From NCBI GenBank assembly GCA_043820695.1, contig JBDRDQ010000098.1, positions 1-52,575 of the forward strand: 52,575 nucleotides of DNA, in the 5' to 3' direction. Below are positions 26,108 to 36,168 of the stretch, in pieces. The stretch's first letter is position 1; every line of letters starts with the position of its first letter. The translations under genes and the position numbers were made by a program. Source of the stretch: Gemmatimonadota bacterium (GTDB lineage Bacteria; Gemmatimonadota; Gemmatimonadetes; Longimicrobiales; Gaopeijiaceae). Below the pieces are notes generated by a model, which was given only the letters and a program-made list of their open reading frames with translations, searched no databases and was not told the DNA's origin.

Positions 26108-27553
26108 ATGAATACGTGGAAGGTGTTGATTCCTGGCCTGGTCCTGGTTCTAGGGGCTTGCGAGAGCCCCGGGAGACCATCAGGTGAGGATGTGGTGGCC
26201 CGGGCCGCCGGGTTTGAGTTCACTGCACAAACCGCAGCCGAAATCCTCGCTCCCCAATCTCAACTCCCCAATCAACCGGAGGTGGTGGAAGCGCTGGCGG
26301 ACCTTTGGGTCCAGTATTACCTGCTGGCAAGGGCTGCAGCTGAGGATACCACCCTAATGAACATAGACGTAGCCCCTTTGGTCAGGAGCCAAGTCGAAGG
26401 GGATCTGGTGTTTCAGCTTCGGGAGCGGGTCATTCAGGTCGATACCGTCCTTCCGGAGGAGGAGCTCCGATTGCGGTATGAATCCGAACTCCCGGGTGGC
26501 CGGATCAGAGCCCGGCACATCCTTCTTCAGTTTCCCGAGGGGGCCTCCGCCGCCCAGGTGGATTCCGTCCGGGAGATGGCCGGCTCACTTCGCTCCCGCA
26601 TTCTCGGAGGAGAGGACTTCGAGGGGCTGGCTCGCCAATTCAGTCAGGACCCGGGAACCGGAGCAAACGGAGGAGACCTCGGGACGTTCGGGAAGAACGA
26701 GATGGTTCCGCCTTTTGAGGCGGCCGCCTTCGCGCTGGAGGTGGGGGAACTCAGCGAAATCGTGGAAACCACCTTCGGCCTCCACCTTATCAGGGTAGAC
26801 GAGCGAATCGTCCCACCGTTCGAGGAGCGCCTGGAGCAATTCAGGGCTCAGATCCAGAGCCAACTCGTGATGGAGGCGGAGTCCACCTTCGTCGCCAACC
26901 TGGTTCAGGCTGCGAAGTTGGAAACGGACACTGCGAGCTTCGAAACGGTGAGGCAGGTGGCCGCCGAACCGGATATGGAGCTGACTGGCCGGGCTCTGGC
27001 CCGCGCCTTGGTTCGGTACGACGGTGGAGCTTTGACCTTGGCCGAGTTCAGGGAATGGCTCCTGACCAGTCCAGCGAATGTCCCCGCGCAGGTCCAGGCG
27101 GCGCCGGACGAACAGATCGACAATCTCCTCCAAAGCCTTGCCCGGAGTGAACTCTTGGTAAACCGAGCCATCGCCGAGGGGATCGAGATTCCCAGCGCCA
27201 GGCAGGACTCGATGGCTATGGGGATTCTCACCGGGGTCAGGGCCATCGCTCAGGAACTCGGGTTCTTTCAGCTGACTCCGCAGGAGGGTGAAAGCCTGGA
27301 AGCGGCTGCCGACCGAGTGGTTCGGGACAGGCTGGTCCAGATTGTCCAGCAGGGTCGGGAGGTGTTCCCGCTCCAGACTGGAGCCTACGCCCTCAAGGAG
27401 CAGTACGGAGCCCGCATCTTCCAGCCCGGTATTGCCAAGGCAGTGCAGATCGTGAACGAAATACGAAGCCAGATCCCGCCCCCGCCGGCACCAGCTCTAC
27501 CGGTGGCCCCCACAGACACCCTGCCTCCGGACACGGCCGGGGTCCAGGGGTGA
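26108..27553 (+). CDS. Parvulin-type peptidyl-prolyl isomerase, lipoprotein (PrsA/SurA-like chaperone)
   Basis: ATG at 26108 gives MNTWKVLIPGLVLVLGAC (lipobox). PpiC domain: ARHILLQF...GGDLGTFGKNEMVPPFEAAAF...TTFGLHLIRV. Confidence 0.8.
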   Translation: MNTWKVLIPGLVLVLGACESPGRPSGEDVVARAAGFEFTAQTAAEILAPQSQLPNQPEVVEALADLWVQYYLLARAAAEDTTLMNIDVAPLVRSQVEGDLVFQLRERVIQVDTVLPEEELRLRYESELPGGRIRARHILLQFPEGASAAQVDSVREMAGSLRSRILGGEDFEGLARQFSQDPGTGANGGDLGTFGKNEMVPPFEAAAFALEVGELSEIVETTFGLHLIRVDERIVPPFEERLEQFRAQIQSQLVMEAESTFVANLVQAAKLETDTASFETVRQVAAEPDMELTGRALARALVRYDGGALTLAEFREWLLTSPANVPAQVQAAPDEQIDNLLQSLARSELLVNRAIAEGIEIPSARQDSMAMGILTGVRAIAQELGFFQLTPQEGESLEAAADRVVRDRLVQIVQQGREVFPLQTGAYALKEQYGARIFQPGIAKAVQIVNEIRSQIPPPPAPALPVAPTDTLPPDTAGVQG

Positions 27554-27690
27554 TCCCGGAACCTGGTGCCGGACCTTGGGTTAGAGACATGCGGGTCGGG
27601 GGGCAAAACGCCCTCCGGCCCCTTGTCCACCCAAGGGGAATTCCGCCAGTCGGTTCTCGTCCATCTGGAGGGTTGAAGGTGTGTAGATCC

Positions 27691-29022
27691 ATGCCGATCC
27701 TATGGAAAGCGCTTCTCCTGAGTCTTGGGTTCCTCCTTGCGGGGTCTAACCTGATCCCTCCGGGCCTACATGCCCAGGATCGGAGCCTTGTGGACCGCAT
27801 CGCCGCGGTGGTTGGCGACTCGGTCATCGTCCTGTCCCAGATCGAGGAGCGGGTCTTCCAACTCCAATCCCAAGGCGCTGAAATCCCGCCCCGGGGTTCG
27901 GATGAATGGGTGCGCCTCCAACGGGACCTCCTGGACCAGATGATCGGTGTGCAACTCATCGTTCAAGCAGCCCTACGAGACACCACCATCGTCGTAGAAA
28001 ACATCGAGGTGGAGAAGCTGGTCTCCGAAGAGATCGATGCTCGGACGACTTCCTACGGCGGCCAGCAGGCTTTCCAGCAAGGTCTGGCAAAGCAGGGGTT
28101 CACCCTTTCGGGCTATCGGGATTTTCTCCGAGGACAAATCCGTCAACAACGCCTCTACCAACAGTACATGGGAAAGCGTGCTTCCCGCTTGGCCTCGGTC
28201 ATCATCGAAGAGACTGAGATCCAAGCGTTCTTCGAAGAACAACGGGAGGCCATCGGCCAACGGCCACCCACCGTCGTTTGGGCCCAGATCATCATGGCTC
28301 CGACGCCGTCGGACTCGGCCAGGGACGCGGTCCTCGCCGAAGCCACGAGGATCCGGGAGATGGCCGTCGGGGGTGAGGATTTTGGAGAGCTGGCCCGACG
28401 CTTCTCCCAGGATCCGGGATCGAAGGACAACCTCGGAGACCTCGGCTGGTTTCGCCGGGGGGATATGGAAGAGGCCTTTGAGACCGCAGCCTTCAATCTG
28501 GCCACCAACGCGATCAGCCCCCCGGTTGAAACGCCCTTCGGGTTCCACATCATTCAGGCGACCCGGCGACGCTCGGGGGAGCTCAAAGCCAGCCACATTC
28601 TGCTCCTGGTCGATCCCAGTCCTGCCGACGTGGACCGAGCCCGGCAGCAAGCCAATGACGTGAGGGGTCGACTCGAGGCGGGCGAATCCTTCGAGGCTCT
28701 GCTGGAGGAGTTCGGAGACACCACGGAACCGGACACTCTCACGGTTCCCTTCGACCGGCTCCAGGAGTTTCCCCCCGGCTTCGCGGAACCACTCTCGCGC
28801 TCGGAGGAAGGCCAGGTTCTGGGTCCATTGGAGTACGAAGCCGCCCGGGGAGAGACCCGTTTCGCAATCATGAAGATCGTGCAGGTCCTTCCCGCGGGAC
28901 CGTACACTCTGGATGATCCGAACCTGAGGGGCCGTATCATGCAGACGCTTCAGCAACAGAAACTGGTGGAGCAGATTCTGGCGGAACTCCGGTCCAAGAC
29001 CTACATCCAGATCCGAATGTAG
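27691..29022 (+). CDS. surA: SurA-like periplasmic chaperone / parvulin PPIase
   Basis: Signal peptide MPILWKALLLSLGFLLAGS. SurA N-domain pattern VDRIAAVVGDSVIVLSQIEE. Parvulin domain ASHILLLV...LGDLGWFRRGDMEEAFE...TPFGFHIIQ. It sits directly upstream of pdxA, as in the classic surA-pdxA arrangement. Confidence 0.8.
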   Translation: MPILWKALLLSLGFLLAGSNLIPPGLHAQDRSLVDRIAAVVGDSVIVLSQIEERVFQLQSQGAEIPPRGSDEWVRLQRDLLDQMIGVQLIVQAALRDTTIVVENIEVEKLVSEEIDARTTSYGGQQAFQQGLAKQGFTLSGYRDFLRGQIRQQRLYQQYMGKRASRLASVIIEETEIQAFFEEQREAIGQRPPTVVWAQIIMAPTPSDSARDAVLAEATRIREMAVGGEDFGELARRFSQDPGSKDNLGDLGWFRRGDMEEAFETAAFNLATNAISPPVETPFGFHIIQATRRRSGELKASHILLLVDPSPADVDRARQQANDVRGRLEAGESFEALLEEFGDTTEPDTLTVPFDRLQEFPPGFAEPLSRSEEGQVLGPLEYEAARGETRFAIMKIVQVLPAGPYTLDDPNLRGRIMQTLQQQKLVEQILAELRSKTYIQIRM

Positions 29023-29036
29023 GAGCCGGCCTGACC

Positions 29037-30005
29037 ATGGGGCTTTCCCAGGAGTCTTCGCAGAAACTCAAGAAAATCGCAGTCACTCTCGGTGACCCTC
29101 GGGGCATCGGACCCGAGGTCATGGCGAAGGCAGTGGAAGGGCTCCTGGGGGAAATCCCTGCGGAGGCCATCCTGCTCCTGGGCCCCACGGGGATGGACCC
29201 GGGGGTGGCCCCCTTCGAGTCCGTGGGAGAATGGGATAGGACGGAGGCGGGTGCGGGTCGGGTTACCGTGGATGCCATTCGGCGAGGGGTGGATCTGGCC
29301 CTCTCCGGAGCGGTGGGGGCCCTTGTAACGGGCCCATCCCACAAGCCAGCCCTCAGAGCAGCCGGATGGGACGTTCCGGGCCAAACCGAGTTGCTCAGGG
29401 AGCTCACCGGGGTGCCCGAGGTTGGGATGCTAATGTCCGCCGAGAGAACACAGATCGGCGGAGCTCTCCGAGTGCTGCTGGCCACGACCCACATCCCCCT
29501 GAGGGACCTCTTTCAGCATCTCACACTGGACCTTCTCACCAGCCAAAGCCGGCTTCTCGCCCGGGCGCTGGAGAGTGACTGGGGAATTCCCTGTCCAAGG
29601 ATCGGGCTTTGCGCCGTAAACCCTCATGCGAGTGACGGTGGGCTCTTTGGGTCGGAGGAGGAGGAGATTTTTCATCCGGCTGTGGCCCAGCTCAGGGCGG
29701 AGGGAATGTCGGTTCAGGGTCCCCTTCCGGCTGACACAGTGTTCCACCGCGCCCTCCAGGGGGACCTGGATGCAGTGGTAGCTCCCTACCACGATGTAGG
29801 CATGGCGGCCTTCAAGAGTGTCTCTTTTGGCACGGGGGTGAACGTGACCCTGGGGCTTCCATTCATCCGGACTTCCCCTGACCACGGGACCGCCTTTGAT
29901 ATCGTTGGAACCGGTACGGCCGATCCCAGCTCATCCCAGGAGGCGATCCGCCTCGCAGCCAGACTCGTACAACAGCGCTTTGACACCCAGTTTGGCCCTG
30001 CGTAG
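29037..30005 (+). CDS. pdxA: 4-hydroxythreonine-4-phosphate dehydrogenase
   Basis: IAVTLGDPRGIGPEV, TGPSHK, VNPHASDGG, IRTSPDHGTAFDI. Confidence 0.9.
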   Translation: MGLSQESSQKLKKIAVTLGDPRGIGPEVMAKAVEGLLGEIPAEAILLLGPTGMDPGVAPFESVGEWDRTEAGAGRVTVDAIRRGVDLALSGAVGALVTGPSHKPALRAAGWDVPGQTELLRELTGVPEVGMLMSAERTQIGGALRVLLATTHIPLRDLFQHLTLDLLTSQSRLLARALESDWGIPCPRIGLCAVNPHASDGGLFGSEEEEIFHPAVAQLRAEGMSVQGPLPADTVFHRALQGDLDAVVAPYHDVGMAAFKSVSFGTGVNVTLGLPFIRTSPDHGTAFDIVGTGTADPSSSQEAIRLAARLVQQRFDTQFGPA

Positions 30006-30050
30006 CTTAAAATGATGAGATGAGATGAGGATTCCCCTCCCACAGATCCC

Positions 30051-30734
30051 GTGATCAAACTCCTCGACGTCACCAAGGTCTATTCTCGGACCGGAAACGC
30101 CCTGGAAGGCGTGAGTCTCCACGTTCCAAAGGGTACGTTTGTGTTCCTGACAGGCCATTCGGGCTCCGGAAAGTCGACGACCCTCCGCCTGATCCATATG
30201 GCGGAGCAACCCACCAGTGGAGAGGTCAGGGTCAGCGGCTTTTCCAGCCTTCGGACCGCCCGACGGGAAGTCTGGAAGGTGCGGAGGCGGGTGGGATTCG
30301 TGTTCCAGGATTTCCGGCTTCTCCCTGGCCGGAATGCCCTGGACAACGTCGCCTTCGCCCTGGAGGTCACGGGGACCCCGAAGAAGGAGGTCCGACCACG
30401 GGCCCAACGGCTTCTCTCCCAGGTCGGATTGTCGGCTAAGAGCGGGTCCCAGATCCACGAGATCTCAGGCGGGGAACAACAGCGTGTGGCCATTGCCAGG
30501 GCCTTGGCCAGTGAGCCCTTGGTCCTCCTGGCCGACGAACCGACCGGCAACCTGGACGACCGGGCCACTCGGGGAATCCTGGATCTTTTCTGGGAACTCA
30601 ACGCCATGGGGATGGCTGTCGTCATGGCCACTCATGACCTGGACCTGGTTCGCAGCTACCCCACCGCTCGGGTCCTTGAGCTGGACCAGGGGCGGCTGGT
30701 TTACGACTCCTCCCAGACAGCGGGCAGCGAGTAA
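30051..30734 (+). CDS. ftsE: Cell division ABC transporter ATP-binding protein FtsE
   Basis: Walker [10 protein letters not shown], signature [15 protein letters not shown], Walker [12 protein letters not shown]. It is followed by ftsX. Confidence 0.9.
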   Translation: MIKLLDVTKVYSRTGNALEGVSLHVPKGTFVFLTGHSGSGKSTTLRLIHMAEQPTSGEVRVSGFSSLRTARREVWKVRRRVGFVFQDFRLLPGRNALDNVAFALEVTGTPKKEVRPRAQRLLSQVGLSAKSGSQIHEISGGEQQRVAIARALASEPLVLLADEPTGNLDDRATRGILDLFWELNAMGMAVVMATHDLDLVRSYPTARVLELDQGRLVYDSSQTAGSE

Positions 30735-30735
30735 A

Positions 30736-31593
30736 ATGGCCAACGCGATCCGGGAAGCCGTTTCAGCTTTCAGGCGGTCCCCACTGCTCATGGGCTTGTC
30801 GAGCCTGATGGTCGGGTTGGCCCTTTTCGTGGTGGGGCTGTTTTCCCTGGCCGCCCACAACCTCAGGCTCGCCCTGACCTCCATCGAGGAACGGGTCGAA
30901 GTCGTGGCCTATCTTCGGGAGGATATCCGGCCGGTGGATCTGGCCGCCCTCACGGAGACCTTGGAGACTCTCCCCGGGGTGGAGGAGGTTCGATATTTCT
31001 CCAAGGCAGAGGCGCTGGAGCGAGCCATTCGGGATCTTCCGGAGATCGCGGATGTCTCCACGGATCTGGAGGTGAACCCATTCCCGGCCTCCCTGGAGAT
31101 CCGGTTTCTTCCAGAGGGCCGAACGGCCGAAACGGTGGAGGCCGTTGCGGCCGCGGCTGAAGGTTTCCCTGTCGTGGAGGATGTCCGGTATGGCAGGGAG
31201 TGGGTGGAACGCCTCTTCTTCCTCAGGAAAATCGGCGGACTCACAGCGGCGATTCTGGGAGTCGCCTTCGCGGCTGTTGCCACCCTCATCATCGGAACGG
31301 CGATTCGTATCGCGGTGTTCGCCCGCCGGGAAGAGATTTTCGTCATGCGCTTGGTAGGCGCCCGGGACAGCTTGATCTGGCGTCCTTTCCTACTTGAAGG
31401 GGCGGCGACGGGGCTTCTGGGCGGTATCCTCGCAATCCTCCTCACCTGGCTCACACATCAAGCCATCTTCCACTTCCTTTTTGCCCTGGATTGGATTCCG
31501 ATGAAGTGGATGTGGGGGGGGTTGGGGATTGGCATCCTCTTCGGAGTCATCGCCAGCAACCTTGCCGTCCGCCGGTACCTCAAGGAGGTCTGA
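30736..31593 (+). CDS. ftsX: Cell division permease-like protein FtsX
   Basis: ATG at 30736 lies 1 nt after the ftsE stop. There is an N-terminal TM, a periplasmic loop and three C-terminal TMs. The upstream part of the track ORF start at 30217 is out of frame and overlaps ftsE. Confidence 0.85.
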   Translation: MANAIREAVSAFRRSPLLMGLSSLMVGLALFVVGLFSLAAHNLRLALTSIEERVEVVAYLREDIRPVDLAALTETLETLPGVEEVRYFSKAEALERAIRDLPEIADVSTDLEVNPFPASLEIRFLPEGRTAETVEAVAAAAEGFPVVEDVRYGREWVERLFFLRKIGGLTAAILGVAFAAVATLIIGTAIRIAVFARREEIFVMRLVGARDSLIWRPFLLEGAATGLLGGILAILLTWLTHQAIFHFLFALDWIPMKWMWGGLGIGILFGVIASNLAVRRYLKEV

Positions 31594-31597
31594 GGGC

Positions 31598-32824
31598 ATG
31601 CCACGCTGGCTCTTCCCCGGAGTAGTTGGACTGGCTCTTCTCATTTCGGTCAGCCCGGGTGCCGCTCAGGACCCTGAGCTCCAAAGACAAATCGCGGAAA
31701 GCCAACGCAGGCTCGAAGCGATCCGGGACGAACGCGCCCGGCTTCAGGCCGAGATGGAGCAGGTCCGGGGACGGGTGAGAGACGCTTCCTCCCAGCTGCG
31801 GAATATCGAGCAACAGCTCAGCGCCTCCCGGTCGGTCCTGGCAGAGGTTGATTTCCAGGCCGAGGTGACTGCCACAAAGGTCCAGGAAACCACGGGCGAG
31901 CTTCTCCGGACTCGTGAAGAGTTGAAAGAGAACAAGGCTGTTCTGCACCGAAGAGTCCGGGACATCTACAAACGTGGGGCTCTCCACTCGCTCCAAGTTC
32001 TCCTTGGTGCCGACTCTTTCGCCGACCTTCTCAACCGATACCGGTATCTGCAGCTCATCGCCTCCTATGACCGGGCTCTCGTGGACCGTGTCACCCAGCT
32101 GGAGAGGGCCTTGGAGGAACACAGTCGACAGCAGGGGGCGAGCCTGGCCGAGTTGGGTCGTTTGCGGCAGACCAAACTGGGAGAAGTCGCGGAGCTCAGG
32201 TCAGTGGAACGAGAGCGCCAGGCTACGCTGGAACAGTTCCAGGATCGAGAACGGCAAGCCCTGACCCGCCTGGAGCAACTGGATGCCGACGAATCCCGCA
32301 TGACCGATCTCATTGGCGAGCTGGAACGTCGGCGTCTGGAAGAAGAGCGTCGGAGAGCCTTGTCGGGGGCTGGTCGAGAGGGTCCGAGCTCCCTCTCCGG
32401 GGCCGATGCCGGATCCCTGGACTGGCCGGTCCAAGGGGCCCTGATCTACCGTTTCGGGCGGGAACGGAAGCCCAACGGAACCGTGCTCCGGTGGAACGGG
32501 ATTGGAATCCAAGCCCCCACAGGGACCCCGGTGAGAGCTGTAAAGGCGGGATCAGTGGTTCTTGCTGGCCCCTTCGAGGGATATGGACCCACGGTGGTTC
32601 TGAGTCACGGGGGGGGATTCTATACCCTCTACCTTTACCTGGAGGAGATAGGAGTCCTCCAGGGGCGGGAGGTTGAAGCCGGGCAAGTGGTGGGGACGGT
32701 GGGAGGCTCCCAAACGCCCGAGGGACCCCATATCGAGTTCCAGATCAGGGCGCCGGTTGCGGGCGGAGCCCCTCAGGCCATGGATCCTCTCCAGTGGCTC
32801 AAGTCCCGCTCGCCGCTTCCATGA
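31598..32824 (+). CDS. envC: EnvC-like murein hydrolase activator (coiled coil plus M23/LytM domain)
   Basis: Signal peptide MPRWLFPGVVGLALLISVSPGAAQ, a long heptad-rich region, and a C-terminal M23 pattern GIGIQAPTGTPVRAVKAGSVVLAG...HIEFQIR. Position after ftsEX supports the call. Confidence 0.78.
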   Translation: MPRWLFPGVVGLALLISVSPGAAQDPELQRQIAESQRRLEAIRDERARLQAEMEQVRGRVRDASSQLRNIEQQLSASRSVLAEVDFQAEVTATKVQETTGELLRTREELKENKAVLHRRVRDIYKRGALHSLQVLLGADSFADLLNRYRYLQLIASYDRALVDRVTQLERALEEHSRQQGASLAELGRLRQTKLGEVAELRSVERERQATLEQFQDRERQALTRLEQLDADESRMTDLIGELERRRLEEERRRALSGAGREGPSSLSGADAGSLDWPVQGALIYRFGRERKPNGTVLRWNGIGIQAPTGTPVRAVKAGSVVLAGPFEGYGPTVVLSHGGGFYTLYLYLEEIGVLQGREVEAGQVVGTVGGSQTPEGPHIEFQIRAPVAGGAPQAMDPLQWLKSRSPLP

Positions 32825-33990
32825 GGATACATCCCCACTGCGGCCACACCTCCCTTCTCGAGGCCCTGGCCCGTGCCTTTCTGGAGGACTCTCTCCCGGC
32901 AGCTCTCCTGCTTTATGGAGCCAGGGGAATCGGGAAGCAACATCTGGCCCTCTGGCTGGGTCGCCTCCTCCTGTGCGAAGCCCCGGGCCCCGGGGGCCCC
33001 TGTGAGACATGCCACTCCTGCTACCTGGCTGGAAAGGTGGAGCACCCGGATCTCCACTGGTATTTCCCCCTCCCCCGGCCGAAAAACGCTTCTACTCCGG
33101 AAAAGTTGGCTCAAGCCCTGGAGGACGCTCGCGGCGAAGCCCTCGAAGAGATGCGAGCGAACCCCCTCCGGGCAACCGGGGACAATGAGCCGAAGAGCCT
33201 TTATCTGGCGGCGGCGAGAAGCCTGCGCATGAAAGCCCAGCGCCGTCCTTCATCGGGGGATCGCCAGCTCTTCATCATCGCCGATGCCGAGGCCCTGGCC
33301 CCACAGGAATCCAGTTCGGAGGCGGCGAACGCACTCCTGAAACTCCTGGAGGAGCCCCCATCCGGCACCACGCTGATTCTCACCTCCGCTGAGCCCGGAA
33401 GGCTCCTCCCCACTATCCGATCCCGGACCACTCAACTTCACATCCCCCCGCTCTCGAAAGAGGAAGTTTCGGACTTCCTCATCTCCGAGGCCGGGGTGGA
33501 GGAAGGAGAGGCTCACCGCGTTGGAGGCCTCTCAAAAGGGGCCATCGGTCGGGCTCTGGGCTTTCTCCGGGAGGGGGAGGAACCGGGGCCTCTGGAGCAG
33601 ATCCGCATCGACGCCCTGCACCTTCTGGCGGCGGCTTTGGCAACAGGACCCGACCAGGCCATAGGAACGGCCCTGAGCTTCAAGCCCGTGGGCGCTCGTG
33701 GCCTCCGCGACCTCTTGGATTTCCTGGAAGAGTGTCTCGGGGAACTTGCACGCGTCGCTTGCGGTCTCCCCATCGACACCGCGACGGCGGAAGAATCAGG
33801 GTTCTTCCGGGACGCCGTGGTTCGGTGGGGCCTCCATCCGGCCTCCGTGCCCCCGGCGATGGGAAGGGTGGACGAAGCCCGAGCCCTGGCAGTCGGCAAC
33901 GTCAACCCGCAGTTGGTCATCTTCGGCCTCCTCCACGATCTGCGCCGGGAGCTGACGAGCGAAGGCCCCACCCCCTTTCCTGGGAGGTAG
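32821..33990 (+). CDS. holB: DNA polymerase III delta-prime subunit
   Basis: ATG at 32821 overlaps the envC stop (ATGA). AAA+ P-loop-like LLLYGARGIGKQHLA, zinc module CETCHSC, and LLKLLEEPP. Confidence 0.8.
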   Translation: MRIHPHCGHTSLLEALARAFLEDSLPAALLLYGARGIGKQHLALWLGRLLLCEAPGPGGPCETCHSCYLAGKVEHPDLHWYFPLPRPKNASTPEKLAQALEDARGEALEEMRANPLRATGDNEPKSLYLAAARSLRMKAQRRPSSGDRQLFIIADAEALAPQESSSEAANALLKLLEEPPSGTTLILTSAEPGRLLPTIRSRTTQLHIPPLSKEEVSDFLISEAGVEEGEAHRVGGLSKGAIGRALGFLREGEEPGPLEQIRIDALHLLAAALATGPDQAIGTALSFKPVGARGLRDLLDFLEECLGELARVACGLPIDTATAEESGFFRDAVVRWGLHPASVPPAMGRVDEARALAVGNVNPQLVIFGLLHDLRRELTSEGPTPFPGR

Positions 33991-33991
33991 G

Positions 33992-34489
33992 ATGGACCAT
34001 CCATCGAAACCCCTGACCCACCTGGACCCCAAAGGGCACGCCCGAATGGTGGATGTCTCCGATAAGGAGAAGACGGTGAGGAAAGCGGTGGCCGAGGGCT
34101 CCATCCGGATGGCACCAGAGACGCTGGCAGCGATCCAGACCGGCGACACGCCGAAAGGGGAGGTTCTCCAGGTGGCTCGTCTCGCCGGAATCCAGGCCGG
34201 AAAAAGAACCGGAGAACTCATCCCATTGTGCCATCTACTACCGGGCACATCGTTGGCTGTGGACGTCGAGGTGGATTCGGAAATCCCCGGAGTGAGGGTC
34301 CGGTCAACGGCTACCCTGAGCGGGCAGACCGGGGTGGAGATGGAAGCTCTGACGGCCACTGCCGTCGCCTTGTTGACCGTCTACGACATGGTCAAATCCA
34401 TGGACCGAAGCATGGTCATGGAGGGGATTCGGCTGATCTCCAAGGAGGGGGGCCGCTCCGGGAGATGGACACGAGAGGATGATGGGTAA
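33992..34489 (+). CDS. moaC: Cyclic pyranopterin monophosphate synthase
   Basis: MVDVSDKEKTVR, KGEVLQVARLAGIQAGKRTGELIPLCHLLP, TGVEMEALTA. Confidence 0.92.
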   Translation: MDHPSKPLTHLDPKGHARMVDVSDKEKTVRKAVAEGSIRMAPETLAAIQTGDTPKGEVLQVARLAGIQAGKRTGELIPLCHLLPGTSLAVDVEVDSEIPGVRVRSTATLSGQTGVEMEALTATAVALLTVYDMVKSMDRSMVMEGIRLISKEGGRSGRWTREDDG

Positions 34490-34545
34490 AAAGCATAACC
34501 CGGGTCCGTCGTGGCAGGTCCGCGGAAGGGCCCGTCCAGGGGCAA

Positions 34546-36003
34546 TCACCCACCCAGGCGGAAGATCTTGACCTGATCCCCAGGCCGGATAACGGAGGTT
34601 CGTGAGAGGCCGTTCCATCGAAGGAGGTCGTTGACTCCTACGGCGTGGCGGACCGCAATGGCTGAAAGGGTGTCTCCGGAACGAACTCTGTACATCAATA
34701 GGTTTTCATCACTTTCCCCACCCGCCACCCCACTCCCCACACGCATTTGGCTCCTTACCGAGGGTGCCTTGGGAACCACAACCCTCTGCCCAATCTGCAT
34801 TCGCCTGGCTTGGACCGTCGGATTCATCGCCTGTAAATCGTCAACGGACACACCGTACTGTCGGGCGATATGGGTGAGGGTTTCTCCTTGGGTTACCGAA
34901 TGTTCGAGGAAGGTGACCCGCTCTTCTGGCGGGATTTGCGCGTATGCCTGGTCGAATGCCCCCCCCGCCCCCTCCGGGACCCTCATTCGGGTCGGCACGC
35001 CGGCCGGAGTCAATCCTTTCAAAAGCTGGGGGTTCAGCTCCTCCAACAGTCCCTGGTCTACCTGGCTCACACGAGCCACCACGTCCAGGGAAGTTGCGTC
35101 CGGCACAACGACCTCGTCGAACCGCCAGGGCGCCTCCGGGACCACGTCATCAAACCCGTATGCGGCCGGGTCCCTGCCGATCCGGGCCGCAGCGAGGAAG
35201 CGGGGCACGAACTCCCGGGTCTCCCTCGGAAGCTGCTCCAGAACCTCGAGGAAGAGGCCATCGTGGCCCTCATCGCCCTGGCCCGATCTCTTGAGAAGTC
35301 GGTCCAGGCGCCCCGGACCCCCGTTGTACGCGGCCAAAGCCAAGAACCAGGAGTCGAATTGCTGGTTCAGCTCAGAGAGGTACAGCAGAGCGAGAGGGGT
35401 GGAGCGGAAAGGATCCCGCCTCTCATCGATGAGGCGATCCACCTGAAGCCCCATTCCCCTTGCCGTCGGGGGCATGAATTGCCATAGGCCTGCAGCCCCC
35501 ACCCAACTAACGGCGCGAGGGTTGTACCAACTCTCAACGATTGGAAGGAAGGCCAGGCTTGCCGGAAGGCCCGCGGCCCTGAGCTCCTCTTCGACCATGT
35601 CCTGGTATCGGCCCATCCTGGCCAGGCTGGTCCGGAAGAGAAAAGCGTCCCGGGTTTGGAACGACTCGATCCACCGCTGAACCTTGGGGTCCATTTCGGC
35701 TGCCCGGGCCCAAGGGGAATCCAAAATGGGATCCACCGTGATGGCTTCGGTTATGGGGCGGAGCACCACCGGGACCCGTTGGGATTCCGGTGTCGGAGCC
35801 TGGACGGGGGTTGGGGCCGGGAGCAGATCTCCGGTCGCAGGGGTCGATGGGGGAATGGGCCCTGGAGGGGATTGGGTTCCGACCATGGGTCCACACGCGG
35901 TCATGAAGCCGATCATCACCAGGATCGGGACGCCACGCCCCCATGGCGCGGGGGGAAAGGCGCCACGCTGGGCGGGGAACCTTCGGGAACTCAAGACGAC
36001 CAA
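34546..36003 (-). CDS. MltD-like membrane-bound lytic transglycosylase (SLT domain plus two LysM domains), probable lipoprotein
   Basis: SLT motifs PIVESWYNP, AGLWQFMPPTARGMGL and ALAAYNGGPGRL. LysM domains HSVTQGETLTHIARQYGVSVDDLQAMN and YRVRSGDTLSAIAVRHAVGVNDLLRWN. Lipobox-like FMTAC. The TTG start at 36003 is uncertain. Confidence 0.85.
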   Translation of the reverse strand: MVVLSSRRFPAQRGAFPPAPWGRGVPILVMIGFMTACGPMVGTQSPPGPIPPSTPATGDLLPAPTPVQAPTPESQRVPVVLRPITEAITVDPILDSPWARAAEMDPKVQRWIESFQTRDAFLFRTSLARMGRYQDMVEEELRAAGLPASLAFLPIVESWYNPRAVSWVGAAGLWQFMPPTARGMGLQVDRLIDERRDPFRSTPLALLYLSELNQQFDSWFLALAAYNGGPGRLDRLLKRSGQGDEGHDGLFLEVLEQLPRETREFVPRFLAAARIGRDPAAYGFDDVVPEAPWRFDEVVVPDATSLDVVARVSQVDQGLLEELNPQLLKGLTPAGVPTRMRVPEGAGGAFDQAYAQIPPEERVTFLEHSVTQGETLTHIARQYGVSVDDLQAMNPTVQARRMQIGQRVVVPKAPSVRSQMRVGSGVAGGESDENLLMYRVRSGDTLSAIAVRHAVGVNDLLRWNGLSRTSVIRPGDQVKIFRLGG

Positions 36004-36168
36004 ACTCTCATCCAGGAGCCTTTCGCGATCTCTGCGGGCTCGCAGGCCTTTCGAATTGGACGGGGACGGGGCCGGGGAGGTTGTCCCAGCAAGCCCGAAC
36101 CGTCTGATCCCGTCCCGGAAGATTCGGCGAATCTCATCCGATTCCCGGGCCGGACCTCTCGGCTATGC

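Noticed and set aside
27973-28956. 327-aa minus-strand ORF
   Set aside because: It is antisense to the surA-like gene. No motifs.
30013-30027. (GATGA)x3 microsatellite between pdxA and ftsE
   Set aside because: It is only 15 nt and has no associated structure or ORF. It is probably incidental, although it lies in the ftsE 5-prime leader.
30217-30735. Upstream part of track ORF 30217..31593
   Set aside because: It overlaps ftsE out of frame. The FtsX homology and a proper ATG begin at 30736, 1 nt after the ftsE stop.
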